A stretch of DNA of 64,000 bases. Origin: Felis catus (taxonomy: Eukaryota). The position numbers and the translations under genes were made by a program. A model generated the notes under the pieces. The model had not been told where the DNA came from, did not search any database, and saw only the letters and a program-made list of their open reading frames with translations. The stretch is from assembly GCF_018350175.1 (NCBI RefSeq), contig NC_058368.1:225372001-225436000 (forward strand), in the 5' to 3' direction. Numbering within the stretch: position 1 is the first letter of the stretch; every line of letters starts with the position of its first letter. Shown here piece by piece: positions 12,366 to 24,529 of the stretch.

Positions 12366-13244
12366 TTTCCGTTGCTGGTAGACTTGGTGGGCTCAGCAGG
12401 GGTACCGGGATCTCGAGCACCCAGCAGAGTGCCCGGCACACAAGATAAGGAAATCTGCAGGTGCTAGAAGGGGCCTGGCAGCCAGGTGGGATTAACATCC
12501 CCTTCATCGTTTCTCCTGATAGTTCCGCAACCGGTGAAACCAGAGGCACGTGTGATCCCAGTTTCGGCCTTATCTCTGACTTCACTGGCCTCCAAGGCAA
12601 ATATTTAATGTTAGTTTATAGTTGACACTAACAGCTTACGTTAATATGAGATAAGAGCAACTCAACAAAACCCTTCTCATCAGAAGAGGTGATTAGGTTA
12701 CGGCGAACCGTAACAGGGACGCCTGAAGTTAATCATTTCGCAGCGTAAAAATGCAGCATGGGAATATTGGCTAATTCTCACGAAATCCTTGCTCACCCGG
12801 CTGTTTTGTCGAATAAAGCGCGGCCAGCAGGAGACTGGGCCATCTCACGGCTCCTTTTCCTGCGGCCCCAGGGAGTTCATCCGTCAGTCCATCCCGCTCC
12901 AGCCGCCTGTGACCATTCTTGCACATCGCGTCCACTCAGACCCACGCCCGTTTCTGCTTACTCACCAGACCGCTGGCTCCCGTGGAGGGGGCGGCTTCCC
13001 ACAGAACCACCTCGACCTCCCTTGGGACTCCTCCCCCTTCCTCCTCCCCTCCACCCACCCCACTCTGCTGCACAGAACTCACCGAGATACCCTTGGCCAA
13101 GGTGCCAGCAGATGAGGGAAACGTCTTTCACGCAGAACGTGTCTGGGCCCATAAACCCCCAGCTAGAACATTTTAGAGTTGGATACCGAACCGTCTCCTT
13201 TCCATCAATGCCAAGGCAGGAGTAACCAGAACAAGAATAACTTC

Positions 13245-13463
13245 TTTTTTTTTTTTTTTTTAACGTTTATTTATTTTTGGGACAGAGAAAGACAGAGCAT
13301 GAACAGGGGAGGGGCAGAGAGAGGGGGAGACACAGAATCGGAAACAGGCTCCAGGCTCCGAGCCATCAGCCCAGAGCCTGACGCGGGGCTCGAACTCACG
13401 GACCGCGAGATCGTGACCTGGCTGAAGTCGGACGCTTAACCGACTGCGCCACCCAGGCGCCCC
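13245..13463 (-). mobile_element. Young felid-type SINE
   Basis: CpG-intact; TSD caagaataacttctt. Confidence 0.95.
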
Positions 13464-13599
13464 AAGAATAACTTCTTCAAGGCAACTCTGTATGCTTCAC
13501 ATTTTCTCAGCAGTGTTTCTGTGCATGTCATTTCTTTCTCCACCTTTGATCGCTCTCTTCTCTCCTCTGGTTTTGTTGTTTTTCTTGTTCTTGTTTTCT

Positions 13600-13867
13600 T
13601 TTTTTCTTTCTTTCCTTCTTTTTTTTTCTTTCTTTCTTTTTTTTTTTTTTTTTAATTTTTTTTAACGTTTTATTTATTTTTGAGACAGAGAGAGACAGAG
13701 CATGAACGGGGGAGGGGCAGGGAGAGAGAGGGAGACACAGAATCGGAAGCAGGCTCCAGGCTCCGAGCCATCAGCCCAGAGCCCAACGTGGGGCTTGAAC
13801 TCACGGACCGCGAGATCGTGACCTGAGCTGAAGTCAGACCTTAACCGACTGAGCCACCCAGGCGCCC
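13600..13867 (-). mobile_element. Carnivore SINE with long T-rich tail
   Basis: Reverse-complement SINE ending caggcgcccc. Confidence 0.93.
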
Positions 13868-14714
13868 CTCTTTCTTTGTTTTAATAACATAGTCTGGTCT
13901 ATCTGCTTGAGTTCCGATCTCATTTCCCGTCTCCTCACTAAGGTTTACGGTCTATTTGAACACCTAGCCAGAATTTGGTGGAAAGGCATAAAACGGGGGA
14001 AGGAAACAGACCCCGCTAGGTAAGAGCTGCCCACCCAGAGAATACTGTTCCGGAGAGTTCTGCCATTCATCCAACGCTCACAGACACAGGAACATGAGTC
14101 ATCAATGAGACACTGTTGCCACCCGCCCTTCTCCCCCAAGCCTCCCTAAATAAAAAAAATTAAAAAAAAAAAAAAAAAAAAAGAGGAAATGACCTCTGAC
14201 TCTGGGATGTATGAACAAGAGTTCCACACATGGCACAAAGCATGAGAACTTCTGCCGCGGACTTCCGCCCTGGTTATAGGATGCTGGTCTCATGTTTGGA
14301 TTTCAAACCTCGAATCTAAAGCAAATGTCACTCGAAGTATGATTTGTAGGGAGCAACATAAAGGCTGATTCAGGGGGAAAAACAAAGGCCAGATAGTACT
14401 CCTGTTACAGGACTTCTGCGATTTTAAAAACAATTATAATTTTTAAAGGGATATTTGGCCATGGAAAGAATGAAAATAACAAGAGCGGTAATTGCCTTTA
14501 AGATGCATAAAGCAATATTTTGGAAGAAAAAAGGTCAATCAGCCACATCGGTCAGTAAAGCCGAAACGAGGCATAGTTAAGCATGCTCAAAGAAAAGTTT
14601 GATTAAAAACTCCCCCCCCCCCCCCAAAGAAAAATCCCTCTCTAATTATGAGATAGGAAAGAAGATCCTTAGGCAACTCTGACAATGGAGGTTAGAAACT
14701 TGTTAACGCTTTAA

Positions 14715-14940
14715 GGGATCCTGGGTGGCTCAGTCGGTTAAGTGGCCGACTTGGGTTCAGGTCATGATTTCGCAGCTTGTGGGTTCGACCCTGGAGCCTG
14801 CTTCGGATTCTGTGTCTCCCTCTCTCTCTCTCTCTCTCTCTGCCCCTCCCCTGCTTGCACTCTGTCTCTCTCAAAACTAAATCAACATTAAAATAAATAA
14901 GTAAATAAGTAAATAAATAAACATTAAAAAAAATTTAAAA
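14715..14940 (+). mobile_element. Carnivore SINE with internal deletion
   Basis: Head and tail intact, central segment missing; TSD agaaacttgtta. Confidence 0.9.
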
Positions 14941-15248
14941 AGAAACTTGTTATTTGATAATCATTCGCCGCGTTCCTCCCAGATCTTTCGGGGCCATGTG
15001 AGCGAATGTGCATGGTGTCACCAACTTTCTACTTCACTCTGATGTAGCCTGTCAAGGGAAAAGGATCTTGGAGTATTTCTCCTCCAAGCTGTGACCTCCA
15101 GGATGCCACATGAGACATATTAAAAACTTCTTCAGCATCTCTAAAGTCATCCTGTGAAAAAAAACTACAATTTGAGGCAAATTGAAAATCAAAAGGACTA
15201 GCAAGGATTAGAGAGTTTAGTCAATAGCTATAAAACCCCTCCATGTTT

Positions 15249-15468
15249 GGGGCGCCTGGGTGGCGCAGTCGGTTAAGCGTCCGACTTCAGCCAGGTCACG
15301 ATCTCGCGGTCCGTGAGTTCGAGCCCCGCGTCGGGCTCTGGGCTGATGGCTCAGAGCCTGGAGCCTGTTTCCGATTCTGTGTCTCCCTCTCTCTCTGCCC
15401 CTCCCCTGTTCATGCTCTGTCTCTGTCCCAAAAATAAATAAACGTTGAAAAAAATTAAAAAAAAAAAA
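15249..15468 (+). mobile_element. Young felid-type SINE
   Basis: CpG-intact; TSD aaaacc(c)ctccatgttt. Confidence 0.95.
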
Positions 15469-15569
15469 AAACCCTCCATGTTTAAAAAACTACTTTTCTG
15501 TCTCCTTTGATCCCACCAGCAATGTAGGCGGAATTCACCCTCAACGGTTATTCAGCGCATGTTAGTATT

Positions 15570-15598
15570 CAGAAGAAACACTCTGACTCCTGTTTATT
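15570..15598 (-). terminator. Candidate polyadenylation signal AATAAA (15593-15598) with downstream CA and GU/U-rich element
   Basis: Minus strand AATAAACAGGAGTCAGAGTGTTTCTTCTG just after the predicted stop. Confidence 0.4.
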
Positions 15599-15653
15599 TT
15601 TCTGGTCTTCTCTGCTGAGGGGACTCCCTGGAAAGAGAGGGCGCCTCCAAAGC

Positions 15654-15756
15654 TCAGGGGACAATCTCGGCTTTGGCACCTGCCATTCTCACCGCCTCCC
15701 TCGCAGACTCTTCTGGAACTGGCGGCAAGTAAACTGGCATTTGCTCTGCTTGTGTC
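15654..15756 (-). CDS. Predicted terminal coding exon G (TQAEQMPVYLPPVPEESAREAVRMAGAKAEIVP*)
   Basis: Acceptor ttctcattttcctcag|GACAC at 15756, TGA ending at 15654, AATAAA 55 nt downstream. Confidence 0.42.
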
Positions 15757-18074
15757 CTGAGGAAAATGAGAACCTGTTTCAGAGCACAAGAAGTAAGTCC
15801 CCCCAAAACAAACCCTTGAAAAGGAAGAAGTGTGTGTGCCTCGGTTATAGGCCAGGAACGGCGAAAAGGCGTATCCATGCACGATCTGGCAGTTCACGGG
15901 GGTTTTGAAATTCTCACCAGGGAGGGCAGGCTCAGCAAACCAATTAACTAATTAAACCAATTAACCCAAGGTGTAATTAACCTTGAGAACAGAGGTGTCA
16001 ACAGAAGCACCACAAAGGAGTTCCCCTCCTCCCGAAATTGCCCGGTGGTTGTAAGCCTTTTCGTTTTCTGTCTTAAAGGCGTATCCACAGAGGAAAAACA
16101 GCCTCTGAGCATAGGATTAGCAGCCAAGCAGGATCGCCTACAGAGGGGATGGACTCAATGGCAGGGTTTCCCACCCCAGTCCATTATCTGTAAATACACT
16201 GGCGTTTTGGAAGACACGATCCATGAAACACTGGCCAATTCACGGTCATTTCTTTTGAGGACACGCATGGCCATATTAAGAAGGTGGAAAGAGCTAGAAA
16301 TTTTCAAAACAGATCCACACTGGGGAAACGGCCAGGCACCTGGTAATTCAAACAACTGAGTCTAGAACAGGAACCAAGAAAGGGAAAATAAAATGTCTGT
16401 ACAGGCATGAGCTGGACCCAGAAATCCCTGAGAAAGAGGAGCTTGTTATGACTGTACGAATACCTCACTCCGTGCAGTTCTGACGCGCGGAAATTCATCG
16501 TTGCCAGAACAATAAATTAACACCTTGTCATAATTACTTTTAAGTTGCTCGCCTTATAAAATTCCGGCTTTCAAGTAGCTTCAGGATTGTTATTTAGAAT
16601 TAGCTATGGGAAAGACACTGGGCTAAGCCTGTTCCTTTAGCTAGCTTACATTTAGGGGTGGTGCGCAATTCACTCAGAAAAGAAAATAACAAAAAATTAT
16701 ATGCTAAACAGCAAATAGATGATACGGACTCTCTGGTCAAATACCTCATGATTGAGCGAGGCAGACTAAGACTTCGACCACTACTCACAGTCCTTACCAT
16801 TCCGCGAAACCAAAATCATGATGGAGAGGTTCACACAGTCAAATCATTACCAAGGGAAGTGAAAGCCACAGCATTAGGAAATGTGAAGCTTATCAGGAAA
16901 ATAAATATGTATGTGAAATCTCATACTGGATTTTCCTGTTCCTCTTTCATAAAAGGCGCAGTTCTCGACGTTGACCTTGAGCAAGATCAAAGCTCACCTG
17001 TGCTAAGTCAGCACACATATTCTAATCCTTCAGTAAAAAGATACACTTGTGAACGGTAGCACTCAGCCAAGCTCACGGACTGTGCACATAATCAGGAATT
17101 TAAAGAGCGATTTAAAACTAGGCAAGGGTGTTTAAGGAGTCGTGTTTCATTCGCTAGACCAAGGGTCCCGTTCCTGCCCCAAGTGCAGAGCAAGCATCTG
17201 GGATCATTTCAAGCAACCTGTCTGGACCTGTGTTTCCTCATCTGAAAAAAAATGAAGGGGTTTTGGAACAGAAAATCTCTATGAACCCCTCATGATTCAA
17301 ATATATTAGGGTTTTTTCCCCCCACCAATAGAGAATGACACTCTCCAACAGCACACACTTCCGCTCCTGATTTTTTGGATCAACCAGAACACTGAAAATT
17401 TGGTACGAAAAGACTTCTCAAGATAAAGAGATAGTGTTTCCTCAAGGATAATTGCCGGTCTTGTTGAAATTTTAGCCGGGGAACTTATCACATAAAGAAA
17501 CCGCCCAGTTCCAGACCCGAGGCTGAGCCCAGGAAAGTCAAACCCAAAGCCCCATGGGAATTTAGAATTACACAGTTGTGGGTCTAGTTGAGAGGAAAGA
17601 ATGTGAATTTGTTTTTCAGAGATTCTCCAAGACCATACGAGCTGGGGGACAGTGCTCTTTAAATACATAATGGAAGAAAACAAACTTCATCTCCACAAGG
17701 CTATGTACTCCCAAGTGAGAGGCCGGTCCCCACACAGCATGCTCTTCTGTATCTCTTCCTTCCATCTGAAACCAGCCATTGTCTATAATAGCCCGAACCC
17801 TGGGGATGGACGGTGGTAGTAGGAGGCTGAATTCCACTTCTAAGCAACGGGCTTCAACACGAATAAAATGGATTCTATTCCATCTACCCCCATGCAAATT
17901 AAGGATATTAGTACCGACAAGGCATGAATTCGTTAATAACCGTACATTTGATAGACTTGATGCATTAAATGTAAGTTGCTCGAATGTTTTCCACATTCCA
18001 CTGGAAGAGCTCTGAGGCAGTCAAGAGAGAAATGAAAAGGGAAGTGCAAGACAAATAGCATTTAGATGTGTAGA

Positions 18075-18430
18075 AGCATGGCTCAGGCTATTCATGCCGC
18101 TATAACAAATGTCATTGGGTGGCTTATAAACAACAGAACATTTCTCACAGTTATGGAGGCTGGGAAATCCAAGATGGAGTCGCTGACAGATTTAGTATCT
18201 GGTGAGAGCCTGTCTCCTGGTTGGATGCATAGATGGCCTCGTTCCTGCTGTGTCCTCATATGGCAGAAATGGGAGAAAGAGCTGTCTGGGTCTCTTTTGT
18301 AAGGACGCTAATTTTATTCATAATTTATCCACCCTCGGGACCTGAGGGACTACCAAACACCCCACTTCCTGTATTATGATTTCAGCATATGAATTTGGGG
18401 GAGAGGAGGGCATAAACACTAAGTTCACGT
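18075..18430 (-). mobile_element. MLT1A-like solo LTR
   Basis: gctataacaaat...ggtggcttataaacaacagaacatttctcacagttatggaggctgggaaatccaagat. Confidence 0.85.
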
Positions 18431-18461
18431 ACAAACATGCACATTTCAAATGCTATTTCTC

Positions 18462-18663
18462 AGGTGCCTGGGCGGCTCAGTCGGTTAAGCGTCCGACTTC
18501 GGCTCCGATCAGGATCTGCAGTTTGCGAGTTCGAGCCCCGCGTCGGGCTCTGTACTGACAGCTCAGGGCCTGGAGCCTGCTTCGGATTCTGTGTCTCCCT
18601 CTCTCTCTCTGTCCCTCCCCAACTCATGCCCTGTCTCTCAAAAATAAATATGTTAAAAAAAAA
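18462..18663 (+). mobile_element. Carnivore SINE
   Basis: Typical head/body/tail. Confidence 0.92.
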
Positions 18664-18859
18664 ACTCTTTTAATGTTATTTTTGTTGGACTCATATTAAT
18701 TCCCTAAACGATGACTTCTTGAACAGTCGCTGAGTGCCTGCTTAGGTCTGGAAATACGGATAGACTTGGGGATAAGTAAGTCAGCCACAGTTCATACGTT
18801 CAGGGTTGTTATAAACTACAATTGTATGAAGGTATTTGAATAATTAATATAAGACTTCA

Positions 18860-19027
18860 GGGGTCCCTGAGAGGCTCAGTCAGATAAGTGTCCAACTCTT
18901 GGTTTTGGCTCAGGTCATGATCCCACCCAATTCATGGGTTCAAGCCCCCCATGGGGCTCCATGCTGACAATGCACATGGTATTCTCTCTCGCTCCCCCTT
19001 TCTTTCTCTCTCTGCCCCTCTCTGTAT

Positions 19028-19073
<46 letters not shown>

Positions 19074-19075
19074 GG
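18860..19075 (+). mobile_element. Diverged carnivore SINE ending in (CA)n(TA)n
   Basis: ggggtccctgagaggctcagtc head; microsatellite at 19027-19073. Confidence 0.85.
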
Positions 19076-20314
19076 CTTCAGTATATAATGCCACAATAAC
19101 CTTGACTTTATTATACTGTGTGAATTATTTGGGGAGTATGTTGTTTCTTTTAAACAATGAATGCCAGGAAACACAAATGAATTTGGTAACATATTCAAGC
19201 ATACTGTAATGTACACAAGTTTTGACAACCATTTATAAGACAGATGGCAAACTATTTTTTAGGATCCTGAGCATTCAAGATGCCACAGCCTAATAGGATC
19301 AATGTTGAATATTTGCCATTAGAAAATGAAATGATGGTAATAGTTTTAAAGACATGACATAGTCCTAATTTGTTTGCATCTGACAGACCTAAAGAAATGT
19401 TGACAAGTTTGTTTATGAAGGTCCCCAGATAATACTTTCTCCGACAGAGGGAATATAGAAACAGAAACTAGAAAGGAAACGTTCAGAGCCTTCTGCAAGT
19501 AGGGAGTCTCTAGGCTGGAATCTCATCCCCCCCCCCCCCCAAACTGACCGGCCACACAAAAGAGGTCAAACTACTTCCTGGGGGCAGTCCAGAAGCTTGA
19601 GAAAATTCCCAGAATTCCTGAACATTAAAGCAGGGCTTCCCAGAGGAGGCACGGCTGTCTCCCTGTCTGCCACCGTGACTGTACCTTCGGCTTTCCTCTT
19701 CGGCACCGCTTCCTTCCATGGGACTCAACTTTATCATACACTTACTTACATGAGCTGAAATAAACATCTGACGTGGCAACGTAAAAAGTTGGAAGCTGGG
19801 ATACCGTGAATCTCCCTCCCCACCTAAAACATCGCATGGAGCTAACAGCCCTGACACGTACCGACATCCTCACATGTGATCGCTCCTTTTATGCATTTTG
19901 GCCCGAACTGTGATCTACTCACCTCTCTCCCCCTCCACACGTACACTGGAATGGATTTGTTATAAGAAACGGAGATTAGGAAAAGTTCCCTTTAGCCTCT
20001 GCAGATTGACTTTAGGGATAAAACTAAAAGAGCGTGTTAGTAATTCATCATCTCCAAGCCAGGACAGGATCAATGAGTGAAACATAAGATGGGATGGGAC
20101 GGTTGCATTTTAGATTTTCGGACTAGATTAACTTTCTGAAAGCTAAGGCCTGTTTTCTCCTCAATGATATGCACCCCTCTCCCTGGCAGTTGGTGCAATG
20201 TAGCTCAAGCTGCGTTTAGACTCGACCCCAAATGTCACAGAAACTTCCAGAGAAAGTCTGCAGACAGTGCCATTGTGTATTTGAATATTTGCTACAATAC
20301 TGTTTTCGATGATA

Positions 20315-20348
20315 ACACACACACACACACACACACATACGCACACAC
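20315..20348. repeat. (CA)n microsatellite
   Basis: Seen directly. Confidence 0.95.
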
Positions 20349-20761
20349 TGTTAGAGCATCTCATAACTTTTTTTTTCTAAATAGAGATAAATTTCTGGAA
20401 ATTTCTCTCAGAGGGGAATCTGTCTTCTGCACAAGATGCATTGCATATACTGACTGGTTAAGCAGTTTCCTTGAAAAGAACCCCTTTTATTCATAGGATT
20501 TGAGAACTAGCATAAGTGAAAACACTGGTAAACAAAGCTTGAAATAATTTTTCTTCCATATAATCTCTTTTAAATGGACCTTTTGATTTATGGATAGAGT
20601 AATCATAATGTAAACTCGGCTCAGGAGAGAACATATGTAAATGATTAGGGACTATCGGGGATGTCTTCACGGTCTATTAACTCTGATGTATGATATGCTC
20701 ATGGTAGCTGTTAAACTGGGTGGATATTTCTGCTTCTGAGTCGCTATTTGCATCAACTCAC

Positions 20762-20793
20762 CCCACTTCATCCGTGGAGCTTAGGCACCGAAA
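20762..20793 (-). CDS. Predicted 32-nt microexon F (FRCLSSTDEVG)
   Basis: Acceptor tatgttttccatttcag|TTTCGG...GTGGG|gtgagt donor; only the phase-0 frame is stop-free, and it is the frame delivered by exon E. Confidence 0.4.
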
Positions 20794-21326
20794 CTGAAAT
20801 GGAAAACATAGTGAAAAACTGATATTACAGCAACATGTCACCTTGCCCAAGGGAAGGGAATATTGGGGGGCCACAGTTACTTCCCTAATTGTTAGGGAAA
20901 TGCTGGCTTGCTTTCATTTCTCTTCCTCTGTAATTAAAAAAAAATAAAATCTACAACCATTCGGTCTTTACAGACCAAGGGAAGATTTTTGTAGCCAAAT
21001 GCAGACTTCCCGGAGCTTCTAAAGGCTCTCCCACACTTAAGTCAATCAGCGTAAGTAGGTCTCTTCAAAAAAAAAAAAAATAGTATGGCTTTGTGATAAG
21101 TTAATATGGTTATCTAGCACAGAATATGATTGTTTCTCCATTGAGAAGTAATTAAAAGCAAGTTTTTTTCTAAAATGAATAAGCAAAAACTACGAACGTG
21201 TACCATTAAAGTATTGACTCTAAGTAAGGAAGATACACGGGAACTAATTTGAATTGCTGCAGCTTTTTAAGATGTTTAAAATTCTTTATACTTATCATTC
21301 CTATATCCTCTCATGCATGGACTCAC

Positions 21327-21340
21327 TGGTGCTAATTCAA
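21327..21340 (-). CDS. Predicted 14-nt microexon E (VELAP)
   Basis: Acceptor ccttttatgtctcag|TTGAATTAGCACCA|gtgagt donor; phase 1 to 0. Confidence 0.37.
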
Positions 21341-22676
21341 CTGAGACATAAAAGGTTTGTCCAAAGTGTAAGCTCAGCACAGAGAAGCAATGGTTTTCTT
21401 GTTGTCTCTTTCTCTCTCTCTCTCTCTCTTTTTTAACATCAAAGGGTGAGGCAAGGACTGGTTTTATTTTAAATAATTTTGCAAAATATTTGAGGAAACA
21501 CTTGTGAACAGGAAAAATCAACAATTAGGAAATTAAAACTATAAAAAAGGGGGAAGAGAAAGAATTCACAGTGACCTGGGTGGAAAAACCTTCTCGAAAG
21601 AGTTTCAACACTTCTAGTCTCCCATTAAGGAAAAATTCTGAGCGATTGACTGAAGTGTTGAAGTGTCCCCGAAGAGAAAATGTGATAACAGAGTTCGTCA
21701 TAAGTATCAGTAAACCGGTGTCAGATCCTTGGTAACCAGCAGGGCAGGGGTTGGGGGAGATTTATGTTTGGTGCTGAAATGGGAACTATATCCCATCGCA
21801 TATGAAGCTTGCTTCGTTTGAACTTAGATTGGTGCTCTCCATTTGGAATTAAGTGGACAGAGACACATTTGATAGTCTTTCAAAAATGAGATTCTCAACT
21901 ACCCACCACTCACCCCTCCGTCCACTGCCTTCAGGTTTAGGGCAGAAGGGTGACTTTGCTAATTCCCCAATTCTCCATGGTGGTCCTTGGCTGTGAATTC
22001 GGAATGAGCTTACCCCCCACCCCCACCCAGCCCCGCCCCGTTTCTCATCTCCTTCCCCGAAGGTTGTTTGCCAGCTTGTGTGGTTCACATGGGCTAGCAC
22101 AGCACTCAGGTGCCATGGGTGGGGTATATTCCACTCTCCCACTCTTGAAAGAGGCAAAGTAACTCAGTGCCTTCACCTCCTGTCCTTTCCATTGTCAGCG
22201 AGTCCCTAAGCCCCAACGTAGGGATGGATGGAATTGCATACTCAGGATTAAAAAACAAGGAGACATCTTTCCATTTCTATCTCTTTCTTTCACCAGCCAG
22301 TTTATTAATAAGTTAACATCTACACGATATTTACCACTGGAATACCTAGCCATTCTATAGAGAAAAAGTCCCTATGTCACGAAAGTAACTTGACCTAGAA
22401 TCAGGCGGTGAACGCACAGGGCTTCTCCGCTAGGGAGTAGCAGACACAGCTTTCAGCCACGGTGAAAAGTTACCACCTTGTACAACTGTTCCAGGAAGAA
22501 ACTCTCACTCTGAAATGTTGATGTGTGATTGTCGACACCAGACTCAGTGGCTTTTTACCCCAGATGAACTGTTTCACCAACAACCATTGACTGTATTCAC
22601 ACTGGTAGTCACATTGTTCTATTTGTCATAACCATTGTTTCCCTGGATAAATGTAAATTGCACACTAGGCACATTA

Positions 22677-22902
22677 TTTTTTTTTTAATTTTTTTTTTCC
22701 AACGTTTATTTATTTTTGGGACAGAGAGAGACAGAGCATGAACGGGGGAGGGGCAGAGAAAGAGGGAGACACAGAATCGGAAACAGGCTCCAGGCTCTGA
22801 GCCATCAGCCCAGAGCCTGACGCGGGGCTCGAACTCAAGGACCACGAGATCGTGACCTGGCTGAAGTCGGACGCTTAACCGACTGCGCCACCCAGGCGCC
22901 CC
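22677..22902 (-). mobile_element. Young felid-type SINE
   Basis: TSD cactaggcacattatt. Confidence 0.95.
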
Positions 22903-23002
22903 ACTAGGCACATTATTGAGCTTACCATTTAAAGGAATACTCTGGCAAATCCTTTGGCAAAGAAATGACTTTTTTTTTTTATTTTTGATAAACTCATGCC
23001 CA

Positions 23003-23240
23003 AGGCGCCTGCGTGGCTCAGTCAGTTAAGCGTCCGACTCTTGATTTCAGCTCATGGCTTAGGTCATGATCCCAGGGTCATGGGATCGAGCCCTGTGTCG
23101 GGCTCTATGCTGGACCCTGCTTGAGATTCTCTTTCTCTCCCTCTGCCCCTCTCCCCTGCTTGTGCTCTCTCTCTCTCTCTCTAAAAAGTAAAATTTAAAA
23201 AAATAAATGAAATAATAATAAAATAAAATGAAATAAAATT
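23003..23240 (+). mobile_element. Carnivore SINE
   Basis: TSD-like aaactcatgccc / aaaatcatgccc. Confidence 0.92.
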
Positions 23241-23427
23241 TAAAATCATGCCCTTCTCGTGTCTGTTTTGTAAGACTGTTGTTTCAAGTTACTATGTTTA
23301 CTGAAAGTAGGACTTGCGTATTGGTTACATGCATTTTCTCTCATCAGTCCAATGCCTTACTGCTCTTTATTTCCTGCGCTGGGAGCGAGTAGACCTCATG
23401 GTGATACAAAACGTATGCCAACAACTA

Positions 23428-23620
23428 TTTTTTTTTAATGTTTATTTTTATTTTTGAGGGCTGAGGGCAGAGAGAGAGAGAGAGAGGGAGGGAGAGAGAA
23501 CCCAAAGCAGGCTCCGTGCCGTCAGCGCAAAGCCCAACGTGGGGCTCGATCGCACAAACCATGAGATGGTGATCTACGCCAAAGTCAGCTGCTCAGCCGA
23601 GTGAGCCACCCAGGCGCCCC
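23428..23620 (-). mobile_element. Carnivore SINE
   Basis: TSD acgtatgccaac(a/g)actatt. Confidence 0.92.
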
Positions 23621-23769
23621 ACGTATGCCAACGACTATTAAAGAGAAACCAGTTAAGAATAAGTTCTGCCACCATTTAGGCAACTCCTCGTGTAAGACAT
23701 CGGCAAGTAACAATCAGAGACGATGTGTAATTGTTCCAAGATAGAGATGATTAACTGGTGATTATCTGA

Positions 23770-23960
23770 TTATCTGGCTTTGATTCCCAGTGCATACGAA
23801 ATCTCTAAACGTCGGATCACACCTCAAAACTATACATACGTGATAATAATAGCACCTCCCACATGGAGCTGTTAAGAAAACGTAGTGAGATGACGAATAC
23901 GGTACGTTTAGCACAGTACCTGGCACGTAGCGAACACTGAGTCAGTGCTGGCTAGCGTTA
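23770..23960 (+). mobile_element. MIR
   Basis: gataataatagcacctccc...ttagcacagtacctggcacgtag. Confidence 0.7.
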
Positions 23961-24529
23961 CCAGCAGAAAGACCTAGGCATTTAAAAAAAACAAAAAAAA
24001 ATTAGAAAATACTCCAAAATGGCTCCACCGGGGACACTGGGAGCCCCCGTAACGTTTATCAGGGCAGCCCCATCACCTTCCCTGTAAGGCCTTTCCCCCT
24101 TTGCCAGCTGCAGGAGAGGGTTGAGCGGAATGAGAAGTTTCTGGTAGCTTCGAACAAAAGCTGGCGGCGGTCGCGGGGCCGCCGTTCCTCCCGTCCTCCT
24201 TGGCTTCCATCCACGTTGTGCCCAGCAGAGCATCAACAGGATGTGGAGTCATCTTCCGCGGTCCCAGCTGGCTTTGATTGTGCTACGAGGATTTGGCTAC
24301 TGCGGATGCTACATTGAAAGCGTGTCTCAACTTCACCTCTCCGATGCGATGTTGTTGATGTTTGCCCAGTTCTTCCCCCTCCCCTTGGGTCATTTAAAGA
24401 TCATGCCAAATGCCTTGTTTCTTTTAGCCGGATAGAGTCTTCATGCGAGAGGTTTGAGAACAGTTACTCTCAGGGACATTTTACAGATCTGGAAGACAGT
24501 TCTCATAGCTACACAGCCTTCGCCTTTCC

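Noticed and set aside
15249..15330. tRNA-like A/B boxes
   Set aside because: tRNA-derived SINE heads, not tRNA genes.
15243..15437. Recurrent ORFs such as GAPGWRSRLSVRLQPGHDL and AQVMISRSVSSSPASGS
   Set aside because: Translations of SINE copies, not genes.
15562..15756. Alternative phase-0 reading of the terminal exon (DTSRANASLL...SSEY*)
   Set aside because: Runs through the AATAAA and predicted cleavage region; disfavoured but not excluded.
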